Origin: Rhodospirillales bacterium
Lineage (GTDB): Bacteria > Pseudomonadota > Alphaproteobacteria > Rhodospirillales > UBA2165
DNA: 64,000 bases
NCBI GenBank assembly: GCA_016777585.1
Contig: JADHRD010000002.1
Location: forward strand, 669 to 64,668
Direction of reading: 5' to 3'
The position numbers were made by a program, and so were the translations under genes. Below the pieces are notes generated by a model. That model was given only the letters and a program-made list of their open reading frames with translations. It had not been told where the DNA came from and ran no database searches. Shown piece by piece: positions 9,532 through 18,623 of the stretch. Numbering within the stretch: position 1 is the stretch's first letter; each line of letters starts with the position of its first letter.

Positions 9532-11034
9532 TTATAGTGATTCAAACTTTTGCTTTGCCTTGGCGGCACGTATATCTCTTACGATAGCGTATATAAGTGA
9601 TAAAGCTGCCGCAATCAATAGCCCTAAACTAATTGGGTCTGTAAAAAAGACCTGGAAACTTCCATCGGATAAAATCAACGCTCTTCGAAGCGAGATCTCA
9701 ATTAGTTCGCCCAATACTAAGCCAATAACCAGAGGTATTAATGGAAATTTAAATTTCCGGAGTACATAACCCAAGACACCAATTATCAACATAACAACTA
9801 CATCACCAACACTACCGCCAACACTAAAAGCACCAATGAACGCAACGCTAAATATTAATGCAGCTAAGATAGGGGGTGAAACTTCAACAACCTTCAGCCA
9901 AAGACGAATAAACTTCAAACCTAAAAATAACATTACAAAATTTGCCAAAAAGAGTGTTGTAAAAATTCCATATACAATATCAGGGTTTTTTACGAATAAT
10001 TGTGGTCCAGGTGAGATATTATGTAACATTAACGCACCTAAAAGAATTGCTGTACTGCCAGATCCGGGCACCCCTAAGGTGAGCAGCGGAACCAATGCAC
10101 CGCCTACCGTGGCATTATTCGCTGTTTCAGATGCACAAACGCCCTCTGGCGCACCTTTACCAAATTTTTCGTGATTAGGTGAAATGCGTTTAGCCTCATT
10201 ATAAGCTACAATGCTTCCTATGGAAGCGCCAGCACCAGGCATTACACCGATTATTGTTCCAATTACACTAGAAATGGATAGCGTCTTCCAAAGGCCAGCA
10301 AACTCACGCCAAGAAATTCGTTCTGTAGTGAATTTAGCTCTACTCTTTAATCTCGTTTTTACTTCTGATTCTATAATTAAAAACACCTCTGTGATAGCAA
10401 ATAATCCCAGCATTGCAGAAACAAATGAAATACCCTCCCACAAGGCTGGTTGGCCGAAAGTAAAGCGCTGAGTTCCGGTCATTGGCTCAGCCCCAATTGT
10501 CTCTATTAAAAGACCAATTAGAGCGGCAATTACACCTTTAATCCAATTTCCGCTTACAAGACTAGCAACAATAGTTAATCCAAAAATACCGAGAGCAAAA
10601 TACTGAACTGGTCCAAAAGCAATTGCAAACTGAGCTAAGGGGATAGAAAAAAGAACTAGGCATATAGTACTAAAAACACCACCTGTAGTCGAAGACATTA
10701 TTGAAATACTCAGCGCTCTGCCAGTCTGGCCTGCCTCTGTCATAGGATAACCGTCAATAGCAGTAATCGCACCCGATGGGGTTCCGGGCGTATTAATAGT
10801 TATTGCTGTTATGGAACCACCATATTCAGCTCCAACATAGATTGAAATTAAAAGTACAATTGCCACTATTGGCGATAAAATATAGGTGAACGGAATCATT
10901 AACGCTAATCCAGTGGGACCACTTAAGCCTGGCATTGCTCCAACAACAATACCCATCGCAACACCTGCAAACATTGCCAACACAACCTGCCACTGTCCCA
11001 ACTGTCCAATACCTAAAAGCCAATTTTCTAACAT
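9532..11034 (-). CDS. tctA: tripartite tricarboxylate transporter large permease TctA
   Basis: 500-aa polytopic protein with GxxxGxxPGLSG and GVMPGAGASIGS motifs, sitting downstream of tctC and tctB. Confidence 0.85.
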   Translation of the reverse strand: MLENWLLGIGQLGQWQVVLAMFAGVAMGIVVGAMPGLSGPTGLALMIPFTYILSPIVAIVLLISIYVGAEYGGSITAITINTPGTPSGAITAIDGYPMTEAGQTGRALSISIMSSTTGGVFSTICLVLFSIPLAQFAIAFGPVQYFALGIFGLTIVASLVSGNWIKGVIAALIGLLIETIGAEPMTGTQRFTFGQPALWEGISFVSAMLGLFAITEVFLIIESEVKTRLKSRAKFTTERISWREFAGLWKTLSISSVIGTIIGVMPGAGASIGSIVAYNEAKRISPNHEKFGKGAPEGVCASETANNATVGGALVPLLTLGVPGSGSTAILLGALMLHNISPGPQLFVKNPDIVYGIFTTLFLANFVMLFLGLKFIRLWLKVVEVSPPILAALIFSVAFIGAFSVGGSVGDVVVMLIIGVLGYVLRKFKFPLIPLVIGLVLGELIEISLRRALILSDGSFQVFFTDPISLGLLIAAALSLIYAIVRDIRAAKAKQKFESL

Positions 11035-11064
11035 CTTTTTTTATTATCCTTTGATAAATTAAAG

Positions 11065-11559
11065 CTAGCCTAGTAGCGTAGGTAAAAATTGCATTGGCAG
11101 TGGGACTCGCAATGCTAGAATAAAAAAGAAATAGACAAAAATCATAAAAATAAGAGTGACAATAATAATGATTTTTAATCGAACCCCTGCTATCCAAAGA
11201 AGCAGAGGTAGTGTTATACCCGCGGAAACGAATGTACTTAATTCCTCAAATGTTAATGCCTGAAACAACATAATAACAGCAGCAAGAGGCGCTTTTTGCC
11301 ATTTTCCCCAGACAACCTCGGATCGTTTTGATTTATTGATTAATATCTGAAAAATTAAGAAAGTTGAGAAAATAATAATTCCTCCAAATAAAATTTGGGG
11401 GAACATAGCGGGTCCCATAGTTTTGACCATACCCGGATCAACCTCAAACCTGGTTGTTTCCCACCAACCAAAAAGAGATAATAATATCAAAACAAGGGCG
11501 ACGGAAAGTTCTCCGCCACCCATATTTTTTAGAAAGATAAAAGTTTTATTATTAAACAT
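11065..11559 (-). CDS. tctB: tripartite tricarboxylate transporter small membrane subunit TctB
   Basis: 164-aa four-helix hydrophobic protein located between tctC and tctA. Confidence 0.6.
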   Translation of the reverse strand: MFNNKTFIFLKNMGGGELSVALVLILLSLFGWWETTRFEVDPGMVKTMGPAMFPQILFGGIIIFSTFLIFQILINKSKRSEVVWGKWQKAPLAAVIMLFQALTFEELSTFVSAGITLPLLLWIAGVRLKIIIIVTLIFMIFVYFFFILALRVPLPMQFLPTLLG

Positions 11560-11571
11560 CTGCTAATTTAT

Positions 11572-12540
11572 TTATTTTTTAAAATGACTTTTTAGGTCTC
11601 GAACTTGATTTTTAAAAAATGCATCAAATTGTTTTGGTCCACCCATATAGCCACTCAAAATAGCTTTCTCATTAGCATATTTAATATACTCTGGGTCCTT
11701 CAGCATTTTTTTCACGGCTTCATGTAGTTTATTTACAATCGAAGATGGGGTCCCCTTTTTCACTAATATTCCTCTCCAAATTGCAGCTTCAACATTGTGA
11801 CCACCTTCTTTAAAAGTAGGCCAGTCTGGATGTGCTGGTAATCGACTAGTATGAGCTACGCCCAGCATCCTTAAGTTACCAGATTTAACCTGATCTCTAA
11901 TCTCGCCAGGATTTAGAATCGCTGCATCGATGTGATTACCCAAGAGCATCTGAATCATCTTATTTGCTTTACGAACAGGTACATATTTGATTTCTGACTT
12001 TTTTATTGATCCGGATTGAAGAAGCAGATCGACCGTGTAGGGATCCATTCCAATTGAGTGAGCCCCCGTCCACCTGAGTTTCCCCGGGTTTGCTTTAATC
12101 CAACCAACCAAAGACTTAAAATCTTTCCATTGCGAATCAGCACGCACACCAACCCCTTGCGGATCCATCTGCAAGCGAGCTACACCTTGCCAGTCATTCT
12201 CTGTAAAGGGTACTTTCCCGCTTGCAATCACAATAGCCGTGGTAGTCGTATCCAAAAAAATATGATAACCGTTTGCTTTGCGTTTTTGGATGTAAGCTTG
12301 TGCAACAGCGCCCGAACCACCCTTTTTATAAAGTGCCACAGCCGAGCCACCTAAATATTTTGGCAAAATTTGCGCGGCCTTGTGACCCAAAACATTTGCT
12401 CCAGATCCGGGTCCAGCTTTTACCACAATTTCGATTGTTCGTTCTGGATAATCCGCTTTTAATCCAGTAGACGCCGCAATGAAAAAAATACTTGAAATAC
12501 TTAATGCAATCAATGTCGTCGATTTTTTTAACATTTTCAC
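11572..12540 (-). CDS. tctC: tripartite tricarboxylate transporter substrate-binding protein TctC (Bug family)
   Basis: Signal peptide, DYPERTIEIVV start to the mature domain, about 320 aa, first gene of the tctCBA order. Confidence 0.8.
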   Translation of the reverse strand: MKMLKKSTTLIALSISSIFFIAASTGLKADYPERTIEIVVKAGPGSGANVLGHKAAQILPKYLGGSAVALYKKGGSGAVAQAYIQKRKANGYHIFLDTTTTAIVIASGKVPFTENDWQGVARLQMDPQGVGVRADSQWKDFKSLVGWIKANPGKLRWTGAHSIGMDPYTVDLLLQSGSIKKSEIKYVPVRKANKMIQMLLGNHIDAAILNPGEIRDQVKSGNLRMLGVAHTSRLPAHPDWPTFKEGGHNVEAAIWRGILVKKGTPSSIVNKLHEAVKKMLKDPEYIKYANEKAILSGYMGGPKQFDAFFKNQVRDLKSHFKK

Positions 12541-12674
12541 TCCCTCTGAGGTTAATTTAAAAAGTTTCTATAAATAAAACGTATTGTAGTATATTTTTGT
12601 AGTATCAGAGAATTTTAGAATACTAGTCAAGAAAAAATTAAATATTACAACGTCCATATTTAAGAGGATGAACT

Positions 12675-13064
12675 ATGAAAAAAGCTAACAAACTAGCCGA
12701 AGAAATCGCAAAACGAAGGGGCTATCAATACCCAGCCCATAAATTTATTGCAGAACATTTCCCAGATTACATGGAGGCGTTACTTGATTTAGACCATATA
12801 ATTCGCGGAAAAGAGAGAAAGTTTGATGAGAAAATGCATGAATTATTCCATATTCTTGCTTTAGCGGTTGAGACGTCAAATCCTCACAATCAACCGCACC
12901 TTAAAAACCATTTAAAAAAGGGTATTTTACTTGGCCTAGAGCCCACGGAGATTGCTGAAGCCCTCATGGTATGTGTCAATCCTTGCGGGGCTAAAGTTTT
13001 AACATACGGCGTAACCTGCATGCTTGAGGCAATCGACGAATTAAAGTCCGAAGGTTCTAATTAA
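12675..13064 (+). CDS. carboxymuconolactone decarboxylase (CMD/AhpD-fold) family protein
   Basis: Small helical protein with CMD-like layout. Good SD (AAGAGGA). The stop overlaps the convergent gene's stop in TTAA. Confidence 0.65.
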   Translation: MKKANKLAEEIAKRRGYQYPAHKFIAEHFPDYMEALLDLDHIIRGKERKFDEKMHELFHILALAVETSNPHNQPHLKNHLKKGILLGLEPTEIAEALMVCVNPCGAKVLTYGVTCMLEAIDELKSEGSN

Positions 13065-14134
13065 ATTATTTTAACAGCGGCCCCAGTCCTAGAGGACTCC
13101 TCAATCGCTAAAGTAATTTGCAAAGTTTTTCGGCCTTCTTCAATTGTCGTATGGGGGCACGGCAAGCCCGTCACTAGATGATCTAGCCACGAACGAGTTT
13201 CATTGGCTATTGGTCCCCAAAAATCATCAAGAGCCCAATCGCCAGAGGAGTTGGTTTGCATGAATAACATTTTAGGATCGTGGTCTGGCACATAGGCATG
13301 GGGAATGCCCTTGTCAGAATAAAGTATACTATCCTTATTATCCGCATCCAGTAATATAACGCCATCTTCGCCAAAAATTTCAAACCTAGGACTTTGTCCA
13401 AAGGTAGGGTAGGTGGCTGGAAGAGCATAAAATATACCTAGATTAACTATTGCTCCATTTTCAAATGTGATAATGGCCCAAGTAGCCTCATCTGTGTCAT
13501 GGCCTAAATTTCTAAAAATTTTTCCGTGACTTCTCGCCACAACCTCAACAGGCCTTATACCCTCCATATACCAACAAACCATATCCACGTAATATGTTAA
13601 TACATCGAGAACTGGCGACGCATCTGGAGATCTCTTTATTATTTCAAGCATTTGAGCGCGTGTATTTATTACCCTAGATTGTATTGAAATTATTTCACCC
13701 AGACGGCCCTCTTTAATATGTTGTTTTGTCATCATCCACCGACGGTCGTGGCGGCGAGAGTAACCTATAACAATTTCCACACCAGCTTTTTTCGCGGAAT
13801 TAGCTATGAGATCTCCATCTTCAAGTGTTAAAGCTAAAGGCTTTTCCAGAAAAATGGGTTTTCCCAAATTTATTGCTTGAAGAACGGCTTCAACGTGATC
13901 ATGCTCTGGAGTAGCAACCACAACAGCATCAACACGAGCATCCGAAATAGCATCAAGATTATTATCTGTTACAAAATCAGCTCCAGTTTTCTGAGCTAAT
14001 ATGTCTGCCTTAGTTTTATTCTTATCAGATAATGCCAGAAAATTAACCGATGGATGGCGTGATGCCATACCAGCTCTCAATGAACCTATTCTGCCCGATC
14101 CTATCACCGCTACGCCAATTTCTCTCTTCTTCAT
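13061..14134 (-). CDS. Gfo/Idh/MocA family oxidoreductase
   Basis: Rossmann start IGVAVIGSGRIGS and the EKPLALT motif. Confidence 0.85.
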   Translation of the reverse strand: MKKREIGVAVIGSGRIGSLRAGMASRHPSVNFLALSDKNKTKADILAQKTGADFVTDNNLDAISDARVDAVVVATPEHDHVEAVLQAINLGKPIFLEKPLALTLEDGDLIANSAKKAGVEIVIGYSRRHDRRWMMTKQHIKEGRLGEIISIQSRVINTRAQMLEIIKRSPDASPVLDVLTYYVDMVCWYMEGIRPVEVVARSHGKIFRNLGHDTDEATWAIITFENGAIVNLGIFYALPATYPTFGQSPRFEIFGEDGVILLDADNKDSILYSDKGIPHAYVPDHDPKMLFMQTNSSGDWALDDFWGPIANETRSWLDHLVTGLPCPHTTIEEGRKTLQITLAIEESSRTGAAVKII

Positions 14135-14254
14135 TCAAACACCCCTTTAAGTCTAATCTAGTATTTTTTAGATATTATCCAACTTGACAATTAAGTTTTT
14201 TTTTGTGGAAATATAAAAAATAGTTAGAAAGCTTAATTAGTAAAGAGGTTTTTA

Positions 14255-15124
14255 TTGAATAATAGCACAAAAATAAATTTGGGGATTAAGGCTTTTTTCG
14301 ACTCTTTTGCTGGCGAAATAAAAAATATTAATTTATCAGAGGAACTTGCAGCTGGAGAAATATTAGAAATTAAGCAAGCTTTTGATGAATTTGGCGTACT
14401 TATTTTCAGGGATCAAAACCTTACTCCGCCAGAATTCAGTAATTTTTCAAAATATTTTGGAAAACTCCATGTCCACCACTTGGCGGAAAAAACATTTCCG
14501 GATAATCCTGAAGTCAGGGTTCTTTCAAACGTAAAAAAGAAGGGAAAGTATATTGGCCAATACAGAGCAGGACATTATTGGCATACTGACTTAGTATTTC
14601 TAAAGAGCGTTGGCTATGCAACGCTTCTTCACGGCGTTGAATGCCCACCGACCGGAGCTGATACATTGTTTTCAGATATGCGTGAAGCTTATACTCAAAT
14701 GCCAGAAGGTCTGAAATCTAAAATTATCGGCAAAAGTGCATTACATGATCATTCATTCTCTTATGGCAGATTATATCCAGATCGCCCCCAATTAACCGAA
14801 GAACAAAAATCATCTGCCCCCCCAGTAAGGCACCCGTTAGTATCAATTCATCCTAGAACTGGTCGTAAATCAATTTATATGACATCGGCAACTATTCGCG
14901 AGATAGATGGTTTTGATGAGCCAACATCACAAGAAATTGTTCAAGCTCTAGAGGATTTTTGTACCCAAAGTAAATTTGTATATGAGCATAAGTGGAAAAA
15001 GGGTGATGTGATTGTTTGGGATAACCTTAGGTGTTTGCATGCAGCGACATCATTTGATGAAAAATATGACCGCGTTTTATATCGAACACAAACACTGAAT
15101 GAACATATAATTACTGGAATTTAA
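14255..15124 (+). CDS. TauD/TfdA family Fe(II)/2-oxoglutarate dioxygenase
   Basis: HxD facial triad (YWHTDLVF), distal His (LHAAT) and Arg (YRTQ). TTG start with SD AAGAGG 7 nt upstream. Confidence 0.85.
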   Translation: MNNSTKINLGIKAFFDSFAGEIKNINLSEELAAGEILEIKQAFDEFGVLIFRDQNLTPPEFSNFSKYFGKLHVHHLAEKTFPDNPEVRVLSNVKKKGKYIGQYRAGHYWHTDLVFLKSVGYATLLHGVECPPTGADTLFSDMREAYTQMPEGLKSKIIGKSALHDHSFSYGRLYPDRPQLTEEQKSSAPPVRHPLVSIHPRTGRKSIYMTSATIREIDGFDEPTSQEIVQALEDFCTQSKFVYEHKWKKGDVIVWDNLRCLHAATSFDEKYDRVLYRTQTLNEHIITGI

Positions 15125-15186
15125 AACTCGTCACAAATAATTTTTCTATATTATTCGAAAGAATTAATAATGAGGATTAAAGTATA

Positions 15187-16281
15187 ATGAACACGGAAGA
15201 TAATACTATAGAATTTGTCAGTTGTGACCTTTGCTACACCGCCGGCAAACCAGCCTTTGAAAAAAATCCAAGCACTCTTAAATCTCAGACACCGTTACCT
15301 ATCGTAATTAATGGAAAAAAAATTCAGACCATTGATGTTCATGCACACTGCCAGGTCTCCGAGGCTTTGGAGCTTGTAAAAAATAGGCCTGAAGTAGCAG
15401 GGCAGACACTTGCTGGGGCCGATTTTGCAAGGGTTGAAAATATTTCCTCTAGGTTAGAAGACATGGATGCTATGGGCATTGATATGCAAGCTTTAAGCAT
15501 AACGGTTTTTCAACATTTTCATTGGGCAGAAAAGGATCTAGCGGCTGAAATAATACGCATACAAAATGAAAAGTTAGCAGAAATTTGTGGTCAATATCCA
15601 GAAAGATTTGTTGCCTTGGGTACAGTTTCCCTTCAGCACCCAGACCTCGCCGTTCAACAATTAGACCACTCCGTTAGGAATCTCGATCATAGGGGTGTAA
15701 TGATCACAGCCACCATTGGGGAAGATGAATTATCAAATCCAAAATTTAACCCATTTTGGGCAAAGGCAGAAGAATTAGAAGCCCTTGTTTTTATTCATCC
15801 TCGCCATTTTAAAGCGGCAGCTCAGCGTTTTGAAGGTAGGGGTTTTTTATCAAATATTATTGGTAATCCGCTAGATACAACAGTCGCCTTAGCACACCTG
15901 ATTTATGAAGGTGTACTCGACCAATACCCGGATTTAAGAATATTGGGTGCTCACGGTGGTGGCCTATTACCTTCCTATATAGGGCGTTATGACCACGGAC
16001 ATAATAGTAATGACAGAGGGGGGTGCGGACTAGAACAAAAAAAACCTAGTGAATATTTAAAACAAATTTATTTTGATACCCTTGTATATGGCACCGAAAA
16101 TCTAAGGCATCTGTTGAATGAGTGCGGAAGCAGTCAACTGGTTCTTGGTACGGACCACCCCGCAGGTATGGCAAATATTAATCCAATTGCCCATCTGCTA
16201 AGTGTTGATGGCCTCTCCAATGACGATATTGAGGCTATATGTAATGGAAATTTAAAAAAACTCTTAAAAATTAATATGTAG
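15187..16281 (+). CDS. amidohydrolase_2 family protein (ACMSD/LigW-type decarboxylase or hydrolase)
   Basis: IDVHAHC metal motif, FIHP, GAHGGG, LGTDHP. Confidence 0.8.
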   Translation: MNTEDNTIEFVSCDLCYTAGKPAFEKNPSTLKSQTPLPIVINGKKIQTIDVHAHCQVSEALELVKNRPEVAGQTLAGADFARVENISSRLEDMDAMGIDMQALSITVFQHFHWAEKDLAAEIIRIQNEKLAEICGQYPERFVALGTVSLQHPDLAVQQLDHSVRNLDHRGVMITATIGEDELSNPKFNPFWAKAEELEALVFIHPRHFKAAAQRFEGRGFLSNIIGNPLDTTVALAHLIYEGVLDQYPDLRILGAHGGGLLPSYIGRYDHGHNSNDRGGCGLEQKKPSEYLKQIYFDTLVYGTENLRHLLNECGSSQLVLGTDHPAGMANINPIAHLLSVDGLSNDDIEAICNGNLKKLLKINM

Positions 16282-16291
16282 GGCTGTAAAC

Positions 16292-17464
16292 ATGAAACGC
16301 TCAATCAGAAAACGTGATGGTCAACAATGGATAAACGACTATTTGTTAAAAGTAACTGGAAGGCCTGTGCATTATGAATTAGATAGCCGTTTGCTCCCCA
16401 CTCAAGCTAAAAGTATGAGAATGGTCTCAAAATATGTGATTAAAGAAGCAGAACATGCAGAACACTTGGCAAAGTCTGCCGAAAACTGTGGGGATAAAAT
16501 TAATGCTCGTGCTCTATTTCGTGTGGCATCAGAGAAATATCGTGAGGCACAGCATTTTATTATTCCGCCTAATAGTTCCACTCGGTGGGATATTTATGCA
16601 AAGGCACGAATTTGTTCACAACGAATGTTTAATTTATTAGATTATCCTATTGAACAAGTTGAAATTCCATTCGAAGATAAGACCATTCCTGGTATTCTTC
16701 ACCTTCAACCAGGTGGAATAAAGGCTCCGGCTGTTGTGTTTATTCCTGGAATGGATAATACAAAAGAAAATTACCCAAACCCATTAGATAATGAATTTCA
16801 TCAACGCGGTATGCATGTATTAGCGATCGATGGACCGGGTCAGGGCCAAGCTTTAGAGAGAGGAATTTTTGTAACTCCGGATAATCACGTTGTAGCGGCA
16901 AGTGCTGCATTTGATTTTTTATCAAAAAGAAACGATGTTGATGAAAGTCGTATTGGATTATCGGGTCGTAGCTTTGGATCTTTTTGGTCAATGCGTGCCG
17001 TAGCAGATGAGCATCGATATGCAGCGGTAGCAAGTGCGGTTGCCTGCTATTATTGGGATTTATTGACAATTTTCGACGAAGCACCGATTAGGTTCAAGCA
17101 AGTATTTATGGACATGGCTGGCATCGACGATGAAAATGACTTTGATAAAATGTGTACAGGCCTCACTTTAAAAGGCCACGCTGATCGGATAACATGTCCT
17201 GTTCTTATGTGTATAGGGGAATTTGATCCGCTTAACCCCTTAGAAGATGCTGAAAAAGTTTATGAAGCTCTTAATTGCCAAAAAGAGATGTGGGTATTAG
17301 AAGACGAATTTCATTCAATACATTCCACTAAAGCATTGTGCGGACAACCGACATTTCACTTTATGGCTGATTGGATGAACCGTGCGCTTAATAAAAAATT
17401 AGATGAAAAATTAAATAGAAAAATATTTGTCCAAAAAGATGGTCGCGGTATGTACAATCAATAA
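16292..17464 (+). CDS. alpha/beta hydrolase fold protein
   Basis: Nucleophile elbow GRSFGS, a C-terminal acid/His region (GEFDP ... FHS) and an N-terminal helical cap. Confidence 0.7.
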   Translation: MKRSIRKRDGQQWINDYLLKVTGRPVHYELDSRLLPTQAKSMRMVSKYVIKEAEHAEHLAKSAENCGDKINARALFRVASEKYREAQHFIIPPNSSTRWDIYAKARICSQRMFNLLDYPIEQVEIPFEDKTIPGILHLQPGGIKAPAVVFIPGMDNTKENYPNPLDNEFHQRGMHVLAIDGPGQGQALERGIFVTPDNHVVAASAAFDFLSKRNDVDESRIGLSGRSFGSFWSMRAVADEHRYAAVASAVACYYWDLLTIFDEAPIRFKQVFMDMAGIDDENDFDKMCTGLTLKGHADRITCPVLMCIGEFDPLNPLEDAEKVYEALNCQKEMWVLEDEFHSIHSTKALCGQPTFHFMADWMNRALNKKLDEKLNRKIFVQKDGRGMYNQ

Positions 17465-17469
17465 ATACT

Positions 17470-18519
17470 TTATCCCAAAGTCGGATCAATTATTATAGCC
17501 GCACGACCAGTTATTAAACCGCTCTCTATTCTTTGGTGCATAGCCTCAACATCTTTTAATAAGCAAGTTTCTGTTACTCTTGGCCAGATTTCCCCACGCG
17601 ATACCACATCAAGTGCAAATAAAACCTCCTCCTTGGTCGCATATTTGCTACCCAACACCTCTATTTCCCTTGATTTAATCCATTCCCCTGATGCCGTTGT
17701 CGGCTTTGCCACACCACCACCTCCCAAAATAGCTAAACGCCCCCCTTTTCCTAAAGCACGAATAGAGTCACCTAATGTTTTATGATTAGAAACAAAATCG
17801 ATTATTACGTCCGCACCATTACCACTAGTTAGTTCAAGTAAGCCCTCCGTTAAACCAACTTTATTTGGATTAATGGTTCCAACTACACCAAGTTTATTAC
17901 AAGCATCCAGTTTTTTATCACTAATATCGATAGCAATAACTTTGGTATCAGCCCATAACGCAGCCATAACCATATGCAGACCAAGGCCACCTCCCGCGCC
18001 AATTATCGCCACAATCTCACCGGACTGCATACGAGTTTTCTTTGTGATTTTAATTGGAGTAGCAACGGCGTCCGTTATAACACCTAACTCCGCAGCATAT
18101 TTTTTGTAGTCTAAATTATTCGGGATTTTTAAGAAGTTTTTCGCTGGGAGTTTAATAAACTCTGCATAGCCCCCATCAATAGATTTACCAACATAACCCA
18201 AAAAATTATCACAAAGCGTCTCTCTACCACCCTTACACCATCGACATTTCCCACACGTTAAATAATAATAAGCCGTGACAGGGTCACCGACTTGTAGATT
18301 CAGCACATCCCTTCCTACCTCGACAATTTCAGCCGTAATTTCATGCCCAATAATTCTAGGGTAATCAACTTTTGTTCGTCCTGCACGAATATGTTGTGTT
18401 GTTAAACCTGCCCCACAACTAATTACTTTGGCAACAGCTTCCCCTGAACTTGGAGAGGGATCTGGAACATCCATCATTTTAAATGGCTGATTAGGAGCCT
18501 TTAAAACCATTGCTTTCAT
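17470..18519 (-). CDS. zinc-dependent alcohol dehydrogenase (MDR family)
   Basis: GHEITAEIVEVG, structural-zinc Cys cluster CGKCRWCKGGRETLC, GAGGGLGLH nucleotide fold. Confidence 0.85.
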   Translation of the reverse strand: MKAMVLKAPNQPFKMMDVPDPSPSSGEAVAKVISCGAGLTTQHIRAGRTKVDYPRIIGHEITAEIVEVGRDVLNLQVGDPVTAYYYLTCGKCRWCKGGRETLCDNFLGYVGKSIDGGYAEFIKLPAKNFLKIPNNLDYKKYAAELGVITDAVATPIKITKKTRMQSGEIVAIIGAGGGLGLHMVMAALWADTKVIAIDISDKKLDACNKLGVVGTINPNKVGLTEGLLELTSGNGADVIIDFVSNHKTLGDSIRALGKGGRLAILGGGGVAKPTTASGEWIKSREIEVLGSKYATKEEVLFALDVVSRGEIWPRVTETCLLKDVEAMHQRIESGLITGRAAIIIDPTLG

Positions 18520-18623
18520 ATTTACAAAAGCCTTTTTTCCTATTGAAATATAATTATAATTTATAATAATTTAGTTACAACATTCTATTAATAGAAAAAT
18601 TTAAAAGTCGAGGAGTATTTAAT

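Noticed and set aside
14160-14190. A CTAGTAT heptamer shared between the 14.1-kb and 12.6-kb intergenic regions, considered as a common operator
   Set aside because: A 7-mer of this composition is expected several times per window by chance. The two contexts do not align beyond the heptamer.
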